DNA of 64,000 nt, taken from positions 62,001 to 126,000 of the IMG/VR virus record IMGVR_UViG_3300028569_002417. One strand, given 5' to 3'. The notes under the pieces were generated by a model. The model was given only the letters and a program-made list of their open reading frames with translations. It made no database searches and was not told the origin of the DNA. The position numbers were made by a program, and so were the translations under genes. Positions 9,812 to 18,855 of the stretch are shown here, piece by piece. Every line of letters begins with the position of its first letter. The stretch's first letter is position 1.

Positions 9812-10321
9812 ATGGGTCAGCAAATGGGATGGGGTGATAGTTTTGGTTTAGCAGATTCTAATGCTTGCTTCAAAAGAAAAAATCGTTGGCTTTTTATGAT
9901 TCCAGACATAAGTGCAGAAGGAATCAATGCCTTACCTCCATCGAAAGCATCTAGACCTTCTCTTTCATTCAAAGAACTAAGCGTGGAACATTTGAATGAA
10001 ACAATTTATTATCCGGGAAAACCAGAATGGAAATCAATTACATTAACTCTATATGACATTTATAAGCCTCAAAACAAAATTTGGGAATGGATCAATTCAT
10101 ATTATGATGTAGAAAACGATAAATTCAAATTTGCTGTTGGATTTAAGCAACCAAGAGCGCAACTAACTTTATATGATGGAACAGGCGAAGAGATTGAAAC
10201 TTGGTTCCTTGAGTCTGTTTGGTGCCAAGACATTTCATTTGGAGACTTGGACATGGGAAGCAGTGAAGTTGTAACTGTTGATCTTATTTTAAGATATGAC
10301 AGAGCCACCTATCTATCTTAA
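9812..10321 (+). CDS. Second tail tube paralogue
   Basis: Same motifs as the first tube gene (FKRK.RW.F, PGK.EW..IT.T.YD, FGDLD.GSSEV). Confidence 0.88.
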   Translation: MGQQMGWGDSFGLADSNACFKRKNRWLFMIPDISAEGINALPPSKASRPSLSFKELSVEHLNETIYYPGKPEWKSITLTLYDIYKPQNKIWEWINSYYDVENDKFKFAVGFKQPRAQLTLYDGTGEEIETWFLESVWCQDISFGDLDMGSSEVVTVDLILRYDRATYLS

Positions 10322-10578
10322 TCTTCACTTGAATCTTCCACTTTAAGTTCTGTCTTCAAAAGTTCTTGACAGGCTTTAATGGCATCTTCAAGTTCTTTGG
10401 GTTTGCATTTTAATACTCTGCAAGCCCCACTCTTGTTTAATCGGCCTTTTTTGGTATAAACCTTTGTGTCATGCAGTAAAAAAGCATCGACAAGTTTGCC
10501 ATGTCCACTATCAATAAGTTTTTGTATAAGTTCTTGATTTTCGATCTGATCGAATAAACTTCTACCTTGCTTTATCAT
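10318..10578 (-). CDS. Small putative HTH DNA-binding protein
   Basis: RLNKSGACRVLKCKPKELEDAI helix-turn-helix-like pattern. Confidence 0.55.
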   Translation of the reverse strand: MIKQGRSLFDQIENQELIQKLIDSGHGKLVDAFLLHDTKVYTKKGRLNKSGACRVLKCKPKELEDAIKACQELLKTELKVEDSSED

Positions 10579-10659
10579 ATGAACCAACTTTTGAGTATAA
10601 ATTTAATTTTGCTTGTTTTTCTAATTTCACTTTTTGTGTAATTAAAATGCAACCATAAT

Positions 10660-10688
10660 ATTATAATGCTTTGAATATTTTTTTCCAA
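10660..10688 (-). promoter_or_regulatory. Sigma70-like promoter
   Basis: TTGGAA-17-TATAAT on the minus strand. Confidence 0.6.
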
Positions 10689-10706
10689 TTATCATTGTAT
10701 TAAAAT

Positions 10707-11252
10707 TCAAAGATCACTAACAATATTGTGTCTTTTATAAAGATTTTTGCTTTTAGTTGCAGGAAGTTTTTGATCGAATTGAATTTGTATGAAATCAAGA
10801 TATTTTCTTTTCAGTTCATTATAGTTTCTTGCGGTTCGATATAATTGACGAAAATGGTTAAGTATACATGTTGTCATATAGTTAAAAGCTTTGCCTTTAT
10901 CTGGGTCGAAACGATCAATTTTTTCAAAGCATATCATAACCCCTTCTTGAACTGCATCATCTTGATCAATTAGATTAAATTTTGCATATCTCACAATATT
11001 TTCTGAAAGTGTATAAAAAGCAATGGCAAGTTGTCCTTGCACTTCTTCATATTCTGAGGAAATAATCTTAAATTCTTTTTCGGTTAAAATCCAAGAATCT
11101 GGTTTTTGAAAATTTCCTCTTTTCATGGTTCGATGTTGAGTTTCATTGATATCGTCCATAAAGAGTTGATATTTAATTCTTTCCTTTTTAGATTTCTGAA
11201 AATGTACGATCAAGGACTCAAAGGTTTTATTATTCAAATATTCAGTGGCCAT
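10707..11252 (-). CDS. Late sigma factor, T4 gp55-like
   Basis: YLNNK, DAVQEG...CF..IDRFDP.K.KAFNY.T motif; region 2 only. Confidence 0.85.
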   Translation of the reverse strand: MATEYLNNKTFESLIVHFQKSKKERIKYQLFMDDINETQHRTMKRGNFQKPDSWILTEKEFKIISSEYEEVQGQLAIAFYTLSENIVRYAKFNLIDQDDAVQEGVMICFEKIDRFDPDKGKAFNYMTTCILNHFRQLYRTARNYNELKRKYLDFIQIQFDQKLPATKSKNLYKRHNIVSDL

Positions 11253-11282
11253 TAATATCCTTTTTTTGCGTATAATACTTAT

Positions 11283-11489
11283 ATGGACCTAGCGCAAATT
11301 TTTTATTCATTGCTTGACAAACCCAATGTACCAAAATTCTATCGTGAACTCAGGTTATATTATTTAGAAAAAAACATGTTACATGAAGCATCAGCAATTG
11401 GTTTCTTATTAGAGAACAAATTTGGTAAAAATAATGAAAAGCCCACTAGCAATACACATACTGACGAAGAACAATTCTCAAACGATTGA
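11283..11489 (+). CDS. Hypothetical protein
   Basis: 68-aa ORF filling the gap before the GT2-TPR gene. Confidence 0.5.
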   Translation: MDLAQIFYSLLDKPNVPKFYRELRLYYLEKNMLHEASAIGFLLENKFGKNNEKPTSNTHTDEEQFSND

Positions 11490-12399
11490 TTCTTTGCTTT
11501 CGTCAATTGAAGAAATCAACTGTGATTTAATTGTTGGCGATCTTGGATCTTCAGATGGCACTGTGGAAAAGCTTATATCGCATAATGCAAAAATAATTAA
11601 ATATAGTTTTGGAGATGATTTTTCATTAATTAGAAATCAAATGATTGCACAGACGAAAAATCAGTGGATATTGTTTATTGAACCCTATGAAACTATTATG
11701 GCAGGATTAGACTCAATAAAAATAGCCGTTTCTGGACCTCCTGCTTCTTATAATATAGGCGTAATGCAAGGAGATATGCTTACAAGACAGACTAGGCTTT
11801 GGCATAATTCATTACAACTTAAATTCACAAATCCAGTTTTTGAAACAATTGAAGGTAAATCAAATTTCTTAAATGCATTTATTATTGTGTCAGATCACAA
11901 ATCAGAATTTGACATGATAGATATTGCTAAAAAATGGCACAATAAAAGCCCTTTATCGCCTGACCCAATTTATTACATGGCTTGTAATGAATTATTTGCC
12001 AAAAATTGGGATTCTTTTATAAATTATGCCGATTTATATTTGCACCAACAAAAAAAGCAAACCATGTCTTATTATATGACAAATTATTACTTAGCAATGG
12101 TTTATTGTTATATAAAAAAAGATTATCAAAATGCTTTGAAAAGCATATACATGTGTGTCATCAGGAATCCAACTATGGCTGAATTTTGGTGCCTTCTTGC
12201 TGATATTTTTTATGCCATGAAATTTTATGATAAAGCTTATCATTTTTACAGTAATGCAAAAATACTTGGATCACGCCGCTTACAAGAATGTGATTGGCCT
12301 ATGGAGATTTCCAAGTATCAAGATTATCCAGAAAAAATGATGAATTCTTGTCTTAAAATTTTAGAACAAACAAAAATTTATTTTAGTGAATCAGAATAG
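11434..12399 (+). CDS. GT2-like glycosyltransferase domain + TPR
   Basis: ILTKN, GDLGSSDGT, DFS..RN, followed by TPR helices; DxD position reads IEPYE. Confidence 0.75.
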   Translation: MKSPLAIHILTKNNSQTIDSLLSSIEEINCDLIVGDLGSSDGTVEKLISHNAKIIKYSFGDDFSLIRNQMIAQTKNQWILFIEPYETIMAGLDSIKIAVSGPPASYNIGVMQGDMLTRQTRLWHNSLQLKFTNPVFETIEGKSNFLNAFIIVSDHKSEFDMIDIAKKWHNKSPLSPDPIYYMACNELFAKNWDSFINYADLYLHQQKKQTMSYYMTNYYLAMVYCYIKKDYQNALKSIYMCVIRNPTMAEFWCLLADIFYAMKFYDKAYHFYSNAKILGSRRLQECDWPMEISKYQDYPEKMMNSCLKILEQTKIYFSESE

Positions 12400-12771
12400 A
12401 ACATCAAGTTCATTCACGATTACTGTTACCATATCTTCATATCGAGCAACTGCTAGTTGCTTACGACCACTTGGTAGCTTTTGAAGTTCTTTTTCAAGGT
12501 CTTCTGCTTTACAGTTTATGACGCTCCAATGATTTTCTGCTAATTTTTTAGCTTCTTCATCAAGGTTGGCAACTATTCTGTTCGGGAAGTATTCCTGTAA
12601 TTGTGGCTTAGCATCAGTCATTATTTTTTTATAAATAGGAACATTGCAAGCACAACCGGGATTATTCAAATATTTTTGAATATCATCCTTGAATCCCTGA
12701 GGGAGACTTTCTCTAAATCTAGCATCACGAAGGGCTTGCTTAACATCCATTAAATTAATTGGTCTGCTCAT
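12391..12771 (-). CDS. Hypothetical protein
   Basis: ORF track; probable start MSRPIN; NPGCACN motif. Confidence 0.65.
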   Translation of the reverse strand: MSRPINLMDVKQALRDARFRESLPQGFKDDIQKYLNNPGCACNVPIYKKIMTDAKPQLQEYFPNRIVANLDEEAKKLAENHWSVINCKAEDLEKELQKLPSGRKQLAVARYEDMVTVIVNELDVLF

Positions 12772-13030
12772 CAGAATTTTCCTCTTCTTCTGGATTATTG
12801 TCAACCAAATATGGCTTTACAGTAAAGCCACACTGAGGACACTTGAACATTTTCAGTCTTTTTTTATCAGGAGCCATTACGGCTTTTTTCTTAATTACAT
12901 CCAATTTTGGGATATTTCTTGGTATGTCGCTTAACTTCAGTGGCGATAGATCTTTTACATCTTTGCCATTTGAGAATCTTTTATAATTGCATTTGTTGCA
13001 ATGAAGTACATATAGCTTTGTTTCATCCAT
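12755..13030 (-). CDS. Zn-ribbon protein
   Basis: CNKC ... CPQCG. Confidence 0.65.
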   Translation of the reverse strand: MDETKLYVLHCNKCNYKRFSNGKDVKDLSPLKLSDIPRNIPKLDVIKKKAVMAPDKKRLKMFKCPQCGFTVKPYLVDNNPEEEENSDEQTN

Positions 13031-13358
13031 TGTGGTCCTCAGAGGGAAGATTAACAATGGTTGCTGCTTCGAGCCAGTTCATGATTACAGCCGCAAAATT
13101 AGCAAGAAATCCACCTGCACAACCGCAGGCGAATATCTCCCAAGGATTTTGCGTCAACCACACCCATCCCATGAAAAATCCACACCATGTGCCACAGCAG
13201 AGATAGCAATCAACAACTCCTCCAAGCTTTGGAACCTTGATTTTTTCAGCGAATTTTTTCACAAATTCTCTGAACCAAAGAAGAATTGATCCATCTACAA
13301 CAATGTGGCACATTCCAACTGTGCTTATAACGAACATAAAAAGCTGAACAATATTCAT
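13023..13358 (-). CDS. Membrane protein, DUF1360-like
   Basis: About 3 hydrophobic segments and a C..C.G.W motif. Confidence 0.6.
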   Translation of the reverse strand: MNIVQLFMFVISTVGMCHIVVDGSILLWFREFVKKFAEKIKVPKLGGVVDCYLCCGTWCGFFMGWVWLTQNPWEIFACGCAGGFLANFAAVIMNWLEAATIVNLPSEDHNG

Positions 13359-13368
13359 GATTCTTCCT

Positions 13369-13728
13369 TTATCGCCAAAATGTTACAGCTGCGCCATCTT
13401 TGTTTGCTGTAATGCAAAATTCTTTGAATTCGCTATACTTGCAAAGATCGCTATGCTGATCGAATGTAAAATTATAATGTTCTGTCAGTTTGTGATTCAA
13501 TCTTCCAACATATACTTGTTGCCCAAAATGTTTACTTATTTTTTCCAAATGAGATTTATCGAGATTGTTCAAGACTTCCAAAACGCTTTTTTGAGAAAGA
13601 GGCTTAAGTCCCGGAATCATTTGTGCGATACGCCAAGAATCAAATTGTTGTCGAAATTCTGGCAACAATTCTTGTATCTTGCGATCCAAAAAAAAAGTTT
13701 CTTCTATATTTTGAAAATTTATTTCCAT
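13369..13728 (-). CDS. Hypothetical protein
   Basis: First ORF of a tightly packed minus-strand group. Confidence 0.65.
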   Translation of the reverse strand: MEINFQNIEETFFLDRKIQELLPEFRQQFDSWRIAQMIPGLKPLSQKSVLEVLNNLDKSHLEKISKHFGQQVYVGRLNHKLTEHYNFTFDQHSDLCKYSEFKEFCITANKDGAAVTFWR

Positions 13729-13790
13729 GATACTATGACAACCTTAGGTTGATAAATCACCAATTTCATAATAGTTTTGCGGAGTAAAAA

Positions 13791-14906
13791 ATGACAGACG
13801 AAAATTTTCGTATGAGAAGGCCGAGTACCAATGAAGCACCAGCATCAAATCAGGAGAGTAACGTGAGTAATCCACTTGATTCAGTCAATCAATTTCGTCA
13901 GCAGGCGAGCAATGAATCTTCAGGTCGTCCTAATGACATGCCAAGCGGCTTAGATATTCAAGGCAATGTTCCTCCTGCTTTTGCAGCGGCACTTGCTTCT
14001 GCAAAAGGTGGCCAGCCACAACAATCCAAGCGTGGATTTGGCACCATGAGTGCAGGAGGAGAAGCGCCTGCATATTCTCCTCCTCCTAAAAATCTTGCTT
14101 CTTCTTCTGGTCACCTGAAGGAACTTCTTGAAGGTCTTCGTGGATCGACAACGATTTACGAAGAAATTGAACTTCCATCTAAGGGCAAGTTCTACAATGG
14201 TGAAGATGGGCCAGTAAATGGCGTTGTTTCAATTCGACCAATGACCGGAGAAGAAGAACAAATTCTTGCCACTCCAAGATTTGTTAAGAAGGGTCAAGCG
14301 ATCAACATGATTTTCCAAAAGTGCCTTAAGGAAGGCATTCGACCAGAAAATCTTCTTACAATTGACCGCACTTATCTTCTCATTTATCTTCGTGGTATTT
14401 CCTATGGACCAAGCTATGATGTTGAAATCAAGTGTCCAGAGTGTGAAACAAAGTTCAGCACTAGCATTGACTTGAACAGTCTTTTTGTTGAATACACTCC
14501 AGCTGATTATGGCCCTGAACTGCGTGATGTTCTTCCAACATCCAAGCTTCCTTTCAGTTATCGACTTTCAACAGGTCGTGACGAACAGGAAATTCAGGAC
14601 CATCGTGATCGACGAATCAAGGCTTTTGGAGACACTGGTGCAGATGACACTCTTACCTATCGCACTGCTCAACTTCTAAACGATATTGATGGAATAACTG
14701 ATAAGTCAGAACTTCAAATATTGATTAAGAATCTTCCAATCAATGATGTTTCTCACATTCGCAACCTTCTCAACGAGCCACCATTCGGCGTGGATACAAA
14801 TGTAGAGATTGTTTGCCCAAGTTGCTTAGCAGATTTCAGCCTCGATCTGCCATTGGAGGCAAATTTTTTCTTCCCTCGACGCAAGAGGGCCAAGACCCAA
14901 GCATAA
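13791..14906 (+). CDS. Baseplate hub / tail assembly chaperone, T4 gp26-like
   Basis: ELPSKG, IRPMT..EE.IL, D..YLLI.LR..S.G, CPEC and CPSC, ending in ..NFF. Confidence 0.8.
   Translation: MTDENFRMRRPSTNEAPASNQESNVSNPLDSVNQFRQQASNESSGRPNDMPSGLDIQGNVPPAFAAALASAKGGQPQQSKRGFGTMSAGGEAPAYSPPPKNLASSSGHLKELLEGLRGSTTIYEEIELPSKGKFYNGEDGPVNGVVSIRPMTGEEEQILATPRFVKKGQAINMIFQKCLKEGIRPENLLTIDRTYLLIYLRGISYGPSYDVEIKCPECETKFSTSIDLNSLFVEYTPADYGPELRDVLPTSKLPFSYRLSTGRDEQEIQDHRDRRIKAFGDTGADDTLTYRTAQLLNDIDGITDKSELQILIKNLPINDVSHIRNLLNEPPFGVDTNVEIVCPSCLADFSLDLPLEANFFFPRRKRAKTQA
14861..14889 (+). other. Putative -1 programmed frameshift signal
   Basis: In-frame A AAT TTT and T TTT TTC heptamers; CCCTC-7-GAGGG hairpin 5 nt after the first heptamer. 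Confidence 0.65.
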
Positions 14907-15094
14907 CAATTTGGGAGCAATTGGCGGAAGAAATATTTTTCTTCCAATATCATATGCACTTGGATATGTCAGGTTCCATGAGCCTTCCAATCAATCTCAG
15001 AAAATGGATGATCGAAAGATTTATTCAGCAAAAAGAGAATGAAAATAAGTCCATGGAAGCACAGCAGAAGAAGGCTAGTCAAAGATCGAGGTAA
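14864..15094 (+). CDS. gp51-like ORF, probably the C-terminal extension of a frameshift fusion
   Basis: -1 frame relative to the gp26-like gene; EEIFFFQYHM......SLP...RKW pattern; no good independent start. Confidence 0.6.
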   Translation, partial: FFLPSTQEGQDPSITIWEQLAEEIFFFQYHMHLDMSGSMSLPINLRKWMIERFIQQKENENKSMEAQQKKASQRSR

Positions 15095-15097
15095 AGA

Positions 15098-15838
15098 ATG
15101 GTAAAAGAACGCTACCAGAAGCCTGTTTGTGGAGACACAGTCAATCTGCGTCTTTTCACATACAACGCTAATAGTTTGACAAATGTTGGAACAATAAATG
15201 AAGTTAAAATTTATGTCATCGATGATGCTCTTAAAGACGCATCAAATCCTGAAGGATTACGTTTAGTTCAAACAGTTTCTGGTTCTTCTGTTGAATTGGC
15301 TAAAACAGGAGAATATATTTTATCTATTTACCTTGATCCAGAAATTTATGGAATTGGTACATATTATGACTTTTGGAACGTCACATTTGAATCAGGAGAA
15401 TGTCCCAACACGGAAGTAAGAAATACATTTCAAATTGCTTCAGATCTTTGGTTTACAAGTTCCAGTCCAATAATATATGACTTTAACTTTCAATTCAGGC
15501 CAAATCGAATTAGAAAGGGATCTAAGCGTTATGTTCTTATTAAAGTGACTCCTAATGTTCCTCAAGGTGCTGATCTTGTATCTTATTATGATAATCTTGC
15601 CATAGTCTCCGACATAAGAGTATCTATGGAGATATCCTGCGGTGAATGTGTACCCGCAGAGACTGATCTCCGACTCGTCGTTGATCGGCACCTTGTGGAA
15701 TATAGGCAAGATAGCTACGCTTATTGGTTTTTAGACACAACTCAATTGGATGAAGGAATTTACAACATCTGGTTTGAAACAGTTGCTGGCGAAAACACCT
15801 ATATTTCTGAAAAATACGCTCTTCAGATTTACTCCTAA
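15098..15838 (+). CDS. Probable structural protein (beta-rich, possibly two Ig-like domains)
   Basis: GAGGT SD; repeated G.Y..W motif; follows the hub genes. Confidence 0.5.
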   Translation: MVKERYQKPVCGDTVNLRLFTYNANSLTNVGTINEVKIYVIDDALKDASNPEGLRLVQTVSGSSVELAKTGEYILSIYLDPEIYGIGTYYDFWNVTFESGECPNTEVRNTFQIASDLWFTSSSPIIYDFNFQFRPNRIRKGSKRYVLIKVTPNVPQGADLVSYYDNLAIVSDIRVSMEISCGECVPAETDLRLVVDRHLVEYRQDSYAYWFLDTTQLDEGIYNIWFETVAGENTYISEKYALQIYS

Positions 15839-15890
15839 TCATTTTTCCCATATCATCCTTGGCTGAGGGCAACCTAAACAAGGATTAGAC

Positions 15891-17531
15891 ATGAGCGTTT
15901 CATCAGCCAAGATTGATTTTTGGATCAACAACAACTACAACATCATGTTTGTTGGTCGTCACGGTGTTGGCAAAACAGCAATTATCAAAGAAGCATTTGA
16001 TCGACACCAACTTAAATGGCGTTATTTCTCTGCATCAACTATGGACCCATGGGTCGATTTCATTGGTGTTCCCCGTGAAAAGACAGAAGATGTCATGCCA
16101 GAGAGCTTCTTGACCATCCGTGAATTAGCCAAAATTAATCAGCAAATTGCAATTTCTTATGTGATGCAAAACTGGAAACTTGACGCTGATTCAGCAAATG
16201 AAGTTGTTCAACACGCATCTAAACCTGCTAGCACAACATATCTTGAATTGATTAGACCATTCAGCTTTGCCACAGGAGAAGTGGAAGCTTTATTTTTCGA
16301 TGAGTTCAACAGAAGCCCCAAAAAGATTAGAAACGCTGTAATGGAATTGATTCAATTCGGCAGCGTAAATGGTCACAAGTTTCCCAACCTTCGTTTCGTT
16401 TGGTGTGCAATTAATCCAGATGACGACGAACTACTGAAATATGATGTAGAAGTTTGTGATCCTGCACACCTTGATCGCTTTCATTGCTCCATTCCTATCC
16501 CCTATAAACCCAACGCAGAGTGGTTCCGTGAGAAATATGGTCAGAGATTTGCTGACTCAGCAATTCAGTGGTGGGATGATCTTAACGAAGAAGTGAAAAA
16601 CACTGTAAGTCCCAGAAGGCTTCAATACGCACTTGATATGTTTTCCAAAAAAGGTGACATTCGTGATGTATTGCCCACTGCCAGTAATGTAGGCAAGCTT
16701 ATTACATCTCTTAAAAACGGACCAATCACCGAACAAATTGAAGAACTAGTCAAAAACAAAGATCAAAGTGCTGCCTCTAAGTTTCTTGAAAATGAAAATA
16801 ATTTTTCAGCATCAATTAAGTTTATTGTGCAATCAGCAACTCTTCTTGAATATTTTGTTCCCTTGATGCCTCAAGAAAAGATTGCAAGTCTCATGGCAAC
16901 AGACGATAAAATATGCAATCATATTATCAAAAATATTGATAAAATTCCATCTTTTCATAAGATAAGCAAGCAAGTTATGAATGCCAATTTTGATGCTAGC
17001 TTAGTGAAAAAGATTCGTAGAGCTTTGACTGAAGATGAGAACTTAGCCAAAGCTTTTGCACAAGACGTTCTTGTAGTTCCAAAAAAATCTATCGCTCCTC
17101 ATTTCAACAAGCGTAAGATTAATTGGGACGCAGAGCTAATTCAATTGAATTCTATGGCTATCGATAGCGGCCCTCAAAGAATTGCCATTTACGAAAAAAT
17201 TGTAAAATCTATTCCAGAAAAAATAACAGCAGAAGAATCTTTGGCTACACTAAAACTTCTGAACGAAATATTTGGCAATACAGATAATGCTTCTGCAAAC
17301 AATCAAAAAGATAAATGGCTTTTTACATCAATCATGCTTGACCCAAGCTTTGATAAGCTTTTTGGAATCATTAATCATTGTCTCATTCAAATTCACAAAG
17401 AGAAGAATCTGACACTTACTGAAATTATGAATAATTACGATATGAAATCTTATGAAATTTTCAAAAAAATTGTTCAAACTGACATGAATTGGAAGATTCC
17501 TTCTGATGACTTTTCAGGAATTGCCAAATGA
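15891..17531 (+). CDS. MoxR-like AAA+ ATPase
   Basis: Walker A GRHGVGKT, Walker B LFFDEFNR, AINP, DPAHLDRF, SPR. Confidence 0.9.
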   Translation: MSVSSAKIDFWINNNYNIMFVGRHGVGKTAIIKEAFDRHQLKWRYFSASTMDPWVDFIGVPREKTEDVMPESFLTIRELAKINQQIAISYVMQNWKLDADSANEVVQHASKPASTTYLELIRPFSFATGEVEALFFDEFNRSPKKIRNAVMELIQFGSVNGHKFPNLRFVWCAINPDDDELLKYDVEVCDPAHLDRFHCSIPIPYKPNAEWFREKYGQRFADSAIQWWDDLNEEVKNTVSPRRLQYALDMFSKKGDIRDVLPTASNVGKLITSLKNGPITEQIEELVKNKDQSAASKFLENENNFSASIKFIVQSATLLEYFVPLMPQEKIASLMATDDKICNHIIKNIDKIPSFHKISKQVMNANFDASLVKKIRRALTEDENLAKAFAQDVLVVPKKSIAPHFNKRKINWDAELIQLNSMAIDSGPQRIAIYEKIVKSIPEKITAEESLATLKLLNEIFGNTDNASANNQKDKWLFTSIMLDPSFDKLFGIINHCLIQIHKEKNLTLTEIMNNYDMKSYEIFKKIVQTDMNWKIPSDDFSGIAK

Positions 17532-18850
17532 TTTCCTCGAAATATAAAATTGGAAATGAAGAGTGGCTTGAAATATCAAACTCTCTTGAGCCACACCATG
17601 CCGTCTTTTATAAAGTCTGGCAAATGGGTCGTCCTGTATTTGACGAATCAATTGACACTGCATGTGTTCAATTTGATCAAGAAGGGAAATTTATTCTCTT
17701 TAGGTTTAATCCAAAGTTTTGGAGCAGCCTAGATTTATACAATAAGCTTTTCGTTATATGTCACGAGGCTCTTCATATTGTTTTGAATCATGGCATTAGA
17801 GCAAAGGAAGCAGACTGCAATAGGCAAGCCACCAATGTTGCTATGGACATTGTGGTAAACCATACACTAACGAAAAATTTTGGTTTCTCTCGTGATAAAA
17901 TAACTGGCTCAGAAGATTATTGTTGGGTCGATACTGTTTTCAAAGATCGCAATCCTATGCCATCAAGCAACGAAATGTTTGAATTCTATTATAATCTTTT
18001 TGAAAAAGTCTATGGTCACGGTGGAATGGGAGATGGTGAAGGAGGAGGGCCTCAAACTGTTGATGATCATGAATCACTTGGATCTCAATCCGTTAATTGG
18101 GACAAAGTAATTGACCAGTTAAATGAAGGTCTTTCAGACGAAGAAAAGGAAGGACTTAAATCAACAATTAGCAAGCATTTTCAGAAAAAGAAACCACAAG
18201 ATGGCCAATCTAAAGAATCAGATAAAAATACACCAGCAGGTTCAGGTTCTGGAGGAATTTGGGTTTTTGCCGACTCTAAAAAAGCAAAGAAGCTTAAGAA
18301 ATGGGAAACTATCATTAAGCGTTGGGCCTTAAAGTTCTTCAAAGATGAGAACAAAGAATTTGAACAATGGGCAAGAATAAACAGACGCATGACCATGCTT
18401 CCAAGAAATATGATCATACCATCAGAAATGGAAATAGATGATCGCACTTACGATGAACATAAAATCAATGTTTGGTTCTTTTTAGATACATCAGGATCAT
18501 GCTGGAATCTAAAAGATAGGTTTTTTGCTGCTGCTGAATCTTTACCAGAAACAAGATTCAATGTAAGACTATTTTGCTTTGATACCAATGTGCAAGAAAC
18601 CAACTTAAAAGAAAGAAAGATATATGGAGGTGGAGGCACTTCTTTCAGCATCATTGAACAATATATTCAAAGAACTATGCAAAATGAAGATATTAAATAT
18701 CCTAACTCTGTTTGGATTTTAACAGATGGTTATGGAAATCAAGTGAAACCATTACATCCTGAAAAATGGCATTGGTTTTTAACAGAAGGTGGAGTTAAGA
18801 ATTACATTGATGAAAAATCAAATGTCTTTAGTCTTAAAGATTTTGAATAA
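17528..18850 (+). CDS. Metallopeptidase-VWA protein (DUF2201-like)
   Basis: HEALH, N.A.D..VN, MIDAS DTSGS, GGGT, LTDG. Confidence 0.9.
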   Translation: MISSKYKIGNEEWLEISNSLEPHHAVFYKVWQMGRPVFDESIDTACVQFDQEGKFILFRFNPKFWSSLDLYNKLFVICHEALHIVLNHGIRAKEADCNRQATNVAMDIVVNHTLTKNFGFSRDKITGSEDYCWVDTVFKDRNPMPSSNEMFEFYYNLFEKVYGHGGMGDGEGGGPQTVDDHESLGSQSVNWDKVIDQLNEGLSDEEKEGLKSTISKHFQKKKPQDGQSKESDKNTPAGSGSGGIWVFADSKKAKKLKKWETIIKRWALKFFKDENKEFEQWARINRRMTMLPRNMIIPSEMEIDDRTYDEHKINVWFFLDTSGSCWNLKDRFFAAAESLPETRFNVRLFCFDTNVQETNLKERKIYGGGGTSFSIIEQYIQRTMQNEDIKYPNSVWILTDGYGNQVKPLHPEKWHWFLTEGGVKNYIDEKSNVFSLKDFE

Positions 18851-18855
18851 TTGAC

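Noticed and set aside
6757-10321. eCIS or tailocin in a bacterial chromosome
   Set aside because: Neck genes, gp55-like sigma, RNR and recombination genes indicate a lytic phage
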